This document shows, in pieces, positions 18,820 through 26,390 of a stretch of 38,054 bases of DNA. The notes under the pieces were generated by a model. The model was not told where the DNA came from and did no database searches. It worked only from the letters and a program-made list of their open reading frames with translations. This stretch comes from Candidatus Zixiibacteriota bacterium (lineage in GTDB: Bacteria > Zixibacteria > MSB-5A5 > WJJR01): the NCBI GenBank assembly GCA_016199865.1, contig JACQFV010000184.1:1-38054 (forward strand). The letters are read 5' to 3'. Made by a program: the position numbers and the translations under genes. Each line of letters begins with the position of its first letter. Positions within the stretch are counted from its first letter, which is position 1.

Positions 18820-20625
18820 ATGACTTGGGAAGTCCGTCGCCAGATTCTGCTGGGGGCCGTTGTCCTCATGCTGGGATTGCTGGCAACGCGCCTGGCCTTT
18901 ATGCAGTTGGTCCAAGTCGACGATTACCGACGCATCGCCAACGACAATCAGATTCGCATGATGCCCATTCCGGCGCCCCGCGGGCGGATACTGGACCGTC
19001 ACGGCGTGGATTTCGTTGACAATCGCCTCTCCTATACCGTGGCGGTGCTCCCCACCGATTTTCGTGGCGAGAAACCGCGCACGCGACTGGCCGATGCCCT
19101 GGGTGTCAGTCGCGAAGACCTCGTGGCACGGCTGCGCCGTCGCTCGGGGCTTCCCATGGAGCCGTTGTCCGTGCAGCACGACGCCGATTCCCGGATGATC
19201 GCCCGCCTGGAGGAACGCATCGAGGAGTTTCCCGGTGTCGTCATCGAGACCGAGCCGGTCCGTGAATACCCGATACCTCCTTGGGCCGGACACCTCTTCG
19301 GGTATGTGCGCGAAGTCGGCGAGGACGACATGAAGAGGACCGATCGCTCGGGAGCGCCGCTGCGCGGACTGGTTGGCGCCAGCGGTCTGGAGAAGCGCTA
19401 CGACGACGTTCTGCGCGGCATCGACGGTGTCGTCTACCGGCAGGTCAACGCCTTCGGGCAGGTGACGGGGCCCATGCCGGGGTATCAGACGGTCCCGCCG
19501 ACGCCCGGTGAGGACCTGATGCTGGCGGTCGACGCCGACTTGCAGCGGTTGGCTGATTCGCTGTTGTCGGCATACGTCGCCGGCACCGTGGTAGCCATGG
19601 ATATCCACTCCGGCGCCGTTCTCTGCTTCGTGACGCGACCGGGCTTCGATGCCAATACCTTTTCGGGCGGGATGTCCTCGGCGGAATGGGCCGGTTTGCG
19701 GGATGACTCCTTGCATCCTCTCCTCAATCGGGCGGCGATGGGCGTGTACCCGCCCGGATCGACGGCGAAATTGCTGACTGCTGCGGCGGGGTTGGATGCA
19801 GGGGTTGTGACCGAATCAGACCACTTTGGCGCCTGCACCGGTGGGTACCGTTTTGGCAATCGCGTCTTTCACTGCTGGCGGCCGGAGGGACACGGCTCGC
19901 TCACACTCTTGGGTGCGATTGAACAGTCGTGCGACGTGTATTTTTATCAACTCGGAGCCAGAATCGGTCTGGATACGTGGTCCCAAGCCGCGACCCGCGC
20001 GGGATTTGGCAAACCGACCGGGATCGATCTGCCGGGCGAGGCCGCCGGAGTCGTTCCCTCGCGGGCGTATTTCGACCGTGTCTACGGGAAAGGGGAGTGG
20101 ACCGGAAGTCTGGTGGTCAATCTGGCGATCGGGCAGGGGGAATTCGGCGTGACCCCGTTGCAATTGCTCGTCTTCTATGCCGCGATGGCCAATGACGGTC
20201 TCGCCATGAAACCGCACCTGGCGTTGGCCACCCGTGGACCCGATGGGCACTGGGCCTATGTGCAACCGGAGCAGTCATTCCAATTGCCTTACAGCGCTTC
20301 GGCTCTGTTACTGTTGCGCGAAGGATGTCGGCGGGTTGTGCAGGATCCATCCGGGACGGCTCACGCCATCTACGACGATGTTTCACGCATGGCCGGCAAG
20401 ACCGGTACGGCGCAGAATCCCCACGGTAACGAGCACGCCTGGTTCGTGGGATATGCTCCGGCGGAAGCGCCCCAGATTGCGGTGGTGGCGTTGGTCGAAA
20501 ACGCCGGGCATGGGTCGACCTATGCCGCCCCAATCTGTAGAGCGATTGCGAAGGCGTATCTGCGACCGCCGGTCGACAAAGGTCCTGTCACGGTCGCGGA
20601 CGACTCCCTATCCTCTCGACCATGA
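18820..20625 (+). CDS. mrdA: Penicillin-binding protein 2 (elongasome transpeptidase)
   Basis: N-terminal anchor, PAPRGRILDRHG. Transpeptidase motifs PPGSTAKLL (SxxK), EQSCDVYF (SxD), GKTGTAQ (KTG). Confidence 0.9.
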   Translation: MTWEVRRQILLGAVVLMLGLLATRLAFMQLVQVDDYRRIANDNQIRMMPIPAPRGRILDRHGVDFVDNRLSYTVAVLPTDFRGEKPRTRLADALGVSREDLVARLRRRSGLPMEPLSVQHDADSRMIARLEERIEEFPGVVIETEPVREYPIPPWAGHLFGYVREVGEDDMKRTDRSGAPLRGLVGASGLEKRYDDVLRGIDGVVYRQVNAFGQVTGPMPGYQTVPPTPGEDLMLAVDADLQRLADSLLSAYVAGTVVAMDIHSGAVLCFVTRPGFDANTFSGGMSSAEWAGLRDDSLHPLLNRAAMGVYPPGSTAKLLTAAAGLDAGVVTESDHFGACTGGYRFGNRVFHCWRPEGHGSLTLLGAIEQSCDVYFYQLGARIGLDTWSQAATRAGFGKPTGIDLPGEAAGVVPSRAYFDRVYGKGEWTGSLVVNLAIGQGEFGVTPLQLLVFYAAMANDGLAMKPHLALATRGPDGHWAYVQPEQSFQLPYSASALLLLREGCRRVVQDPSGTAHAIYDDVSRMAGKTGTAQNPHGNEHAWFVGYAPAEAPQIAVVALVENAGHGSTYAAPICRAIAKAYLRPPVDKGPVTVADDSLSSRP

Positions 20626-20648
20626 TCGCGGGGTCTGTCGAAAAGGCC

Positions 20649-20668
20649 GGGCGCGGCGGGCCGCGCCC
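20649..20668. other. 8-bp all-GC hairpin downstream of mrdA
   Basis: GGGCGCGG (20649-20656) / loop CGGG / CCGCGCCC (20661-20668). No U-tract on the + strand; on the minus strand it is followed by GGCCTTTTCG. Confidence 0.35.
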
Positions 20669-20735
20669 CTACCGGACAGCTTGCTTTCGATCGTAGGGGA
20701 TCCTTGTCGCAGTACGTGGGATACCGAAAGCAGAA

Positions 20736-20756
20736 GGGCCCCAACTCGTGGGGCCC
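20736..20756 (-). terminator. Candidate terminator hairpin for the minus-strand gene ending at 20794
   Basis: GGGCCCCA / loop ACTCG / TGGGGCCC, 8-bp stem, about 38 nt past the minus-strand stop. On the minus strand it is followed by TTCTGCTTTCGG (a weak U-tract). Confidence 0.4.
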
Positions 20757-20793
20757 ATTGAAGATGCAAGACTCCTGAGATTCGAGGTCGGTT

Positions 20794-22047
20794 CTACCGA
20801 TGTCCGCGTGCGTGGCCGCCACTGTGTGAACGACCGCCCGACATCCCTGCTGCCGGGCGTGACGGGGAGGCGAAATGCGACGGGCGAAATTGCGAACGAC
20901 CGCCCGACATTCCGCCTACCGTCCGTGACGGGGCGGCGAAGCGAGACGGGCGAAATTCGGAATGTCCAGCGGGCGCGGATGACAGTGCACGATAGAACAA
21001 ACTCCCGCCGGAACCGCCGTGGCCGGAGCCCTTGCGCTTGGCGGCGGGTTGCCCGGTCGATGGTGTGGTCGAGGTGGGCGGCGTGGCACTCGTGCCGCGT
21101 TTTTGCACAGCCCCCGTGCTGGGCCGGGCAACTCCGGTAGATCCGGAGGTCTTTCTCCTGGCATACGGGTTCGTGCTGGTCGACCCGGCACCCGTTCCTC
21201 TGGCTCTTTGCGCTTGCGACCGCGTCGTCATAACCGAAGTGGTAGAGATGGACTTTCGACGGGTGGTCCACGCGCCGCCTCGCGAGGTCGTGACCGTTGC
21301 TCCCGAGCGTTTCGCGTACGCGAATGTCCCACGGTTCACGGCTGTCGTGGCGACCACGCCTCGGTATGGCTTCGATCGGGCAACTACATAGGTCGAGCGC
21401 TGCACCGCGGGAGATGATTTGACCACCGCGTAATGGGTAATCCCCATACCGCCCCGTCGGGCGACCCGTTGCCGGGCATAGAAGCCGCCGGAGTAATACC
21501 CGCCGACGTAATTGTGGCCGGAGTAGTAGAATGGGTCACAGTATCCGTAGCGATACGGCTCATGGTAGAAGCGGGGGCCGTACCAACGATCCCACCAGAA
21601 CGGGTCGGAGGCGTACCAATTCCAACTCCAGAAGGGATCGTAGTACCCCCATCCCACCGACCAGTAGGGATCATACCCCCAGAAGGCCGAGCCATACCCG
21701 CCATTCCAACCCCAGCCACCGGAGAGGTAGATGTTGGTGTGGTTCTGATCGTTGTCATCTGTCCGGTTGGCAGGCTGCTCCGATTCCTCTTCGACCGAAT
21801 CGTTTCCGGTCTGAACGAGTACGCCCAAGAGAGCATCGACTACGGCATCGCCGCACCCTTCCGACCGAATGCGCGCCCAATCTGCTCCTGTCAGCGGCTG
21901 ATCCAAACCGGCCGCATCGACAATCTTGGCAATTCGCTCCGCCGAGAACCCGGCGTGGCACAGATCAATGATGTCCTCGGTGTTCATGGCCCGCGCTGTA
22001 GCGCCGAACAACATGGCCAATCCAATTGCCAGTAGGAGACGTTTCAT
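20794..22047 (-). CDS. Secreted hypothetical protein: signal peptide, small helical N-domain, Trp/Tyr/Gly-rich DP(F/Y)(W/Y) region, basic Ser/Thr/Arg tail with 22-aa tandem repeat
   Basis: ATG at 22047 is preceded by GGAAAGGAAG. Signal-peptide-like MKRLLLAIGLAMLFGATARA. Codon usage looks normal read on the minus strand. The plus-strand ORFs opposite are Pro/Val-rich shadows of TGG/TAC codons. The track start at 22089 adds 14 aa before the signal peptide. I recognise no family. Confidence 0.65.
   Translation of the reverse strand: MKRLLLAIGLAMLFGATARAMNTEDIIDLCHAGFSAERIAKIVDAAGLDQPLTGADWARIRSEGCGDAVVDALLGVLVQTGNDSVEEESEQPANRTDDNDQNHTNIYLSGGWGWNGGYGSAFWGYDPYWSVGWGYYDPFWSWNWYASDPFWWDRWYGPRFYHEPYRYGYCDPFYYSGHNYVGGYYSGGFYARQRVARRGGMGITHYAVVKSSPAVQRSTYVVARSKPYRGVVATTAVNRGTFAYAKRSGATVTTSRGGAWTTRRKSISTTSVMTTRSQAQRARGTGAGSTSTNPYARRKTSGSTGVARPSTGAVQKRGTSATPPTSTTPSTGQPAAKRKGSGHGGSGGSLFYRALSSAPAGHSEFRPSRFAAPSRTVGGMSGGRSQFRPSHFASPSRPAAGMSGGRSHSGGHARGHR
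20828..20959 (-). repeat. Two tandem 66-bp (22-codon) direct repeats inside the 3' end of the secreted-protein gene
   Basis: 20828-20893 and 20894-20959 align without gaps. I count 54 of 66 identical positions by hand. They encode FRPSRFAAPSRTVGGMSGGRSQ / FRPSHFASPSRPAAGMSGGRSH. Confidence 0.85.
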
Positions 22048-22285
22048 AACCACCACTTCCTTTCCATCCGCCCTATGGGCGCCATTCACATAATGGTACG
22101 CCGGGTGAGGGCGTTTCGTACCAGAAAACAGCGAAAAATGTGCCGAATCGGATTTTGCATCTGGCGGCGCAAGCGCTTGTCGGGCAAAGCGTCACCTCAA
22201 CCACGCGATTTGAGGTTCCAATTTAGACTCAAATTAGGGCATCCGACTTTCCCCGGTTGACAGTATTTGTGCGCCGGGGCACTTT

Positions 22286-23530
22286 ATGGCCGTGCCATCG
22301 CTACTGAAACAGAAGTTGCAGAAGTTGGCCAGGGACCTGGACCCGATTCTGGTCGGCAGCGCTCTGGCCCTGACCGCCATCGGTGTCCTGCTCATCTACT
22401 CGGCGCAACATGACATGCCCGATCCCAAGGATCGGATTCTGTGGAGCCGGCAGCTCATGTGGTGGGTGGTCGCCATGGTCTGCTTCGTTCTGTCCGCCTG
22501 GCTCCCGCTACGGATGCACGAGGTCTTCGCCTATGTCTACTTGGGAGCCGTGGCGCTGCTCCTGATGGCGCTTTTGTGGCTCGGAGTCGGCACTTCCGGG
22601 CAGTGGATTTCCCTCGGCCCCGCCTACTTGCAGCCCTCCGAACCGGCCAAGCTCGCTCTTCTGTTTGCCTTGTCGCGCTACCTGGCCTATCTGAATCGCC
22701 CGATCATCGGCTGGAAACCGCTCTTTCAGCTGGGATTGCTGGTGGCGCCGATCTGGTTTCTGGTGATCAAGCAGCCCGATTTGGGGACCTCGCTCGTGTT
22801 CTGGGCGCTGACCCTCGTCTTGGTTTTCTGGGCGGGGGCGCCGCCTCTATCACTGTTTCTTCTGATCTCGCCCTTGATCAGTCTGGTCCTGGCATTCAAC
22901 TGGATTGCCTGGATCATCTACCTGGCCGTGCTGTTGGCAGCGCTGTTCATCAGCCGTCCCCGGCTGATCATGTCGGTTGGTGTCGTGGCCGCCAATGTTC
23001 TGTTCGGGATCGTTACGCCGTTGGCGTGGAACAAATTCATGCCGTACCAGAAAATGCGCATCCTGGTCTTTCTTGATCCGGGGAGCGATCCGCGCGGGTC
23101 CGGATACCAGATCATCCAGTCCAAAGTGGCCATCGGCTCGGGGGGATTCTGGGGGAAGGGGTTTCTGCACGGGACTCAGACGGCGCTCAATTTCCTGCCC
23201 GAGAAACACACCGATTTCATCTACTCCGTCGGCGGCGAAGAATTGGGTTTTTGGGGGGGGATGCTGATCCTGATTCTCTTTGGTCTTTTTCTGTGGCGCG
23301 CCATCGACACCGGTTATCTGGCGCGCAATCGCTTCGCCCGATTCCTGGTGGTGGGCGGGGCCGGAATCACGGCGTTTCAACTTCTCGTCAATGTCGGCAT
23401 GACGCTGGGCCTCATGCCGGTCACCGGCCTGCCTCTGCCGTTTGTCTCCTATGGCGGGAGTTCTCTGTGTCTCTTCTGGGTGTTAACGGGGCTCACCGTC
23501 AATGTGCGCCGTCGCTGGCAGGATTACTGA
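22286..23530 (+). CDS. rodA: Peptidoglycan glycosyltransferase RodA (SEDS family)
   Basis: GYQIIQSKVAIGSGGFWGKG, PEKHTDFIYSVGGEELGF, GLPLPFVSYGGSS; polytopic. Confidence 0.9.
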   Translation: MAVPSLLKQKLQKLARDLDPILVGSALALTAIGVLLIYSAQHDMPDPKDRILWSRQLMWWVVAMVCFVLSAWLPLRMHEVFAYVYLGAVALLLMALLWLGVGTSGQWISLGPAYLQPSEPAKLALLFALSRYLAYLNRPIIGWKPLFQLGLLVAPIWFLVIKQPDLGTSLVFWALTLVLVFWAGAPPLSLFLLISPLISLVLAFNWIAWIIYLAVLLAALFISRPRLIMSVGVVAANVLFGIVTPLAWNKFMPYQKMRILVFLDPGSDPRGSGYQIIQSKVAIGSGGFWGKGFLHGTQTALNFLPEKHTDFIYSVGGEELGFWGGMLILILFGLFLWRAIDTGYLARNRFARFLVVGGAGITAFQLLVNVGMTLGLMPVTGLPLPFVSYGGSSLCLFWVLTGLTVNVRRRWQDY

Positions 23531-23531
23531 A

Positions 23532-24305
23532 ATGCCCGCCGGTTCCATCCAGAGTTCGAAGGCGGGCGCAGGGCAGAACTCTCCGCGCTTTATCCTCGAT
23601 GCCCTCGCCAATCTGGTTTTCCCGTTTCACTGTCCGATCTGCGAGGCCATCACCGATCTGCGCGAACGGCCGTGGTGCGATGCTTGCGGGCGTCGGGTCG
23701 GACTCTGGACAAAGAGCTTCTGCCCGCAATGCCGACGATTTCGCTCCGAGAACTGGCGCCCATGCCCTGGGGAGCATGACGAATTGCAGCCGGTCCGCGT
23801 CAGAGCGTTGGGGGCCTATGACGACGCCTTTGGGCCAGTGGTGCGCGGGCTGAAATACGACGGGCTGCAGGCTTTGGCCGCGCCCCTGGGGTGTCTCCTC
23901 GCCGAGCGGCTGCGCGGCTGCGTCGCCGATTTTCACGCGGTCGTCTCCGTGCCAACGGTGCCGCGCAAGCGCCGCGAACGGGGATTCGGGCATGCCGAGT
24001 TGATCGCAACTCACTTGGCCGATGCTTTGAACTTGCCCTACTTGGTCGAAGCAATGCGGCTGCTCCGTCGGGTGGATGATCAGACCCGCCTGTCACCCAC
24101 GGAGCGCCAACGCAATGTCGAAGGCGCATTCGGCGTCGGCGATCCAGCGGAGATTCGCGGGTGGAACATCCTCTTGGTCGACGATGTGATGACGACGGGA
24201 GCAACTCTGGGAGAGGCATCACGGGCACTTGTAGCCGCCGGGGCTACGAACGTGGCCGCGGCGGTCGTGGCGTTGAATGTCGGCGAGACCGATGATACTC
24301 GGTGA
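23532..24305 (+). CDS. comF: ComF-family protein (amidophosphoribosyltransferase-like)
   Basis: N-terminal Cys pairs (CPICEA...CDACG; CPQC). C-terminal PRTase motif ILLVDDVMTTGATL. ATG 23532 lies 1 nt after the rodA stop. Confidence 0.8.
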   Translation: MPAGSIQSSKAGAGQNSPRFILDALANLVFPFHCPICEAITDLRERPWCDACGRRVGLWTKSFCPQCRRFRSENWRPCPGEHDELQPVRVRALGAYDDAFGPVVRGLKYDGLQALAAPLGCLLAERLRGCVADFHAVVSVPTVPRKRRERGFGHAELIATHLADALNLPYLVEAMRLLRRVDDQTRLSPTERQRNVEGAFGVGDPAEIRGWNILLVDDVMTTGATLGEASRALVAAGATNVAAAVVALNVGETDDTR

Positions 24306-24329
24306 GATCATGCCTTGGCAAGAGTGGCC

Positions 24330-25307
24330 ATGAACACACTGTCTCCCGGTCGGTCTGGCAGTGAAAACCCCGGAACGGGGCGCCCGAAGGCGTCCGGCCT
24401 GCAGCGCTGGATCGAACGTTATCTGGATCATCTCGTGCTGGCCGCCGGACGGTCTGCCAACACACTGTTGAGTTACCGGCGCGATCTGGTCCGCTATGAG
24501 TCCTTCTGCGTCCAGCGGGGGATTGCCGACCCCGATGACGTGACGCCGCAGACGATCGGCGAATTCGTCGCCTCCCTGACTCAGGTGGGGTTAGCCGCTG
24601 CGTCGGTGGCCCGTTCCCTGTCCGCCGTCAAGAATTTCCACCGGTATCTTTTGCGGCAGGATGTCTGCAAGCAGAACCCGGCGCGGCCGGTGGCGGGGCC
24701 ACGGTTGCCGCGCAAACTCCCCGATGTCCTCTCCGTTCGGCAGATGCAGCAGTTGCTGGCTGCACCTCCCGATGCCGATCCCGACTCGGTGAGGGACCGC
24801 GCGATTCTGGCCATCTTGTATGGCTGTGGTCTGCGTGTCTCCGAGGCGGGCGGACTGGTCTTGGACGACGTCGACTTTGACCATCGGTTTGTTCGCGTGC
24901 GCGGCAAAGGGAACCGGGAGAGATTGGTTCCCTTCGGCGCTCTGGTGTCGAAGGCCTTGAGAGTCTATCTGGACGGGCCGCGCCGTAAACAGGATCGCAA
25001 CGGCCAGGCCGACAGCGTATTTCTCAGCCGTCGCAAGCAGGGGCTGTCGCGCATGGGGCTGTGGCTTATTGTGCGTAAAGCGGCGCTGCGAGTTGGGCTG
25101 GCTGGACGGGTCTCGCCGCACACCTTCCGGCATTCGTTTGCCACCCACCTGATCGAGGGGGGCGCCGATCTACGCGCCGTGCAGATGATGCTGGGCCATC
25201 AGTCGGTCTCGACCACCCAGATCTACACACATTTGGACCGGGCCCATCTGCGCCGGGTCCATCGGCAGTTCCATCCCCTCGAAGCGGGATGGTCCAGACC
25301 GCACTAA
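24330..25307 (+). CDS. xerD: Tyrosine site-specific recombinase, XerC/XerD family
   Basis: NTLLSYRRDL, GLRVSE, RGKGNRERLVP, HTFRHSFATHL, LGHQSVSTTQIYTH (catalytic Tyr). XerD versus XerC is not resolvable by eye. Confidence 0.85.
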   Translation: MNTLSPGRSGSENPGTGRPKASGLQRWIERYLDHLVLAAGRSANTLLSYRRDLVRYESFCVQRGIADPDDVTPQTIGEFVASLTQVGLAAASVARSLSAVKNFHRYLLRQDVCKQNPARPVAGPRLPRKLPDVLSVRQMQQLLAAPPDADPDSVRDRAILAILYGCGLRVSEAGGLVLDDVDFDHRFVRVRGKGNRERLVPFGALVSKALRVYLDGPRRKQDRNGQADSVFLSRRKQGLSRMGLWLIVRKAALRVGLAGRVSPHTFRHSFATHLIEGGADLRAVQMMLGHQSVSTTQIYTHLDRAHLRRVHRQFHPLEAGWSRPH

Positions 25308-25448
25308 ACTCTTTCGAAAATGGCATAAGATTCGCGTCCTCAGGCGTCGAAATTACGATTAGGGGCGGGATACTCAGACCCTCGGGCCGTACGTGCCGCC
25401 CGAGGAAGATAGGGTTCTATCGTCCGGCCAGGCGGAGCCGTCGCGACC

Positions 25449-26375
25449 ATGATTTGTGCGTACAAGAACAGCGATTCATCCGAGTGGTCCAAGGCGTTGC
25501 AGGACGCCTTGGCGCCCTATTATCCCCAATTGGTTCCCTTCGACGATCTGCAGGAATTGGCGGATGTGGCGCTGCGGACGCTTCTGGATATCGTCATTAT
25601 TCCCGTCGGGTCACCGGCCGCCAAGGCCATCTCCCTGGCCCTGGGGGCCAAAGCCATCCCGGCACTGACCGTCGTGCCGGTCGTGCTGTGGCATCCCGAC
25701 CCCGACCCATGCTGCGCGCAGGAGATTCTGGATTCGACCGTGGATGATCTGATCCTGGGGCCATTCTCCGATCCGGCGGCGGCGGCGCGGCTGCGGCTGG
25801 TCCTGCGGCGCAGCTGGCGCGATCTGGACGTCAATCCCTCCAGCCGTTTACCCGGTCCGACTACGATCGAGCGCGCTGTGTCCGGGCGCATCGCCAACCA
25901 TGACCATTTTTCGGTCTGCTACGCCGACCTCGACGATTTCAAGGCGTACAACGATTACTACGGGTACTTCTATGGCGATAAGGTCATCAAACTCTGCGCG
26001 CGGGTGATACGCGAAACGGTCTTCGATCACCAGCCCGATGGGTTCGTCGGGCACATCGGTGGCGACGATTTCGTCTTTCTCATCGACCCGAAAAACGTCA
26101 AGCCGACCTGCACCGCGATCCTCAAGCGATTCGATGCCGAGATCGCCTTATGCTATGAAGCGCGCGACCGCCGCAACGGCTACATCATTTCCAAGAACCG
26201 TCGCGGCACGCCGGAGACCTACTCCCTCATGACACTCTCCATCGCCGTGGTGACCAACCATGGCGATACTTTCACACACGTCGGCGAAATCTCCCACATG
26301 GTCGCCGATCTCAAACACTACACCAAGACTCTGCCCGGCTCCAACTTCATGATCGAGCGCCGGACGAAGTATTAG
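25449..26375 (+). CDS. Pseudo-receiver domain + GGDEF-family nucleotide cyclase domain (GGDDF variant, no RxxD I-site)
   Basis: C-terminal half: ADLDDFKAYNDYYGYFYGDKV and GHIGGDDFVFL align to the GGDEF-domain metal, base and active-site positions. The N-terminal ~120 aa has CheY-like spacing but lacks the key residues (see finding). Confidence 0.75.
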   Translation: MICAYKNSDSSEWSKALQDALAPYYPQLVPFDDLQELADVALRTLLDIVIIPVGSPAAKAISLALGAKAIPALTVVPVVLWHPDPDPCCAQEILDSTVDDLILGPFSDPAAAARLRLVLRRSWRDLDVNPSSRLPGPTTIERAVSGRIANHDHFSVCYADLDDFKAYNDYYGYFYGDKVIKLCARVIRETVFDHQPDGFVGHIGGDDFVFLIDPKNVKPTCTAILKRFDAEIALCYEARDRRNGYIISKNRRGTPETYSLMTLSIAVVTNHGDTFTHVGEISHMVADLKHYTKTLPGSNFMIERRTKY

Positions 26376-26390
26376 CGACGAACCGTCAGA

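Noticed and set aside
18691-19716. 341-aa minus-strand ORF antisense to mrdA, plus similar long antisense ORFs at 7159-8124, 10085-11005, 30293-31258, 32887-33783 and 34004-34810
   Set aside because: These are typical stop-poor shadow frames of a GC-rich genome. Their composition is Arg/Gly/Pro/His-rich with no recognisable motifs, and each fully overlaps a confidently identified gene on the other strand.
21032-22035. Plus-strand ORFs (119 aa and 200 aa) opposite the secreted repeat-protein gene
   Set aside because: Their Pro/Val/Gly-rich sequences are the complement of the TGG/TAC/GGN-rich minus-strand codons. They have no SD or signal features. The minus-strand frame has an SD, a signal peptide and one uninterrupted 417-codon ORF.
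22075-22260. 61-aa highly basic ORF in the rodA upstream spacer
   Set aside because: There is no SD and the composition is extreme in Arg, Lys and Phe. It begins inside the 14-codon track extension of the minus-strand gene. It is most likely a chance ORF in a promoter region.
22257-22291. TTGACA at 22257-22262 as the -35 of a rodA promoter
   Set aside because: With a 17-19 nt spacer the -10 candidates are CACTTT, ACTTTA or CTTTAT, and they run into the rodA ATG at 22286. That geometry fits neither a leadered nor a clean leaderless promoter, so I left it uncalled.
25380-25405. 8-bp hairpin CCTCGGGC/GCCCGAGG between xerD and the GGDEF gene
   Set aside because: It has no U-tract, so it is not a convincing intrinsic terminator, and I recognise no riboswitch or sRNA motif. 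GC-rich hairpins of this size occur by chance in this composition.
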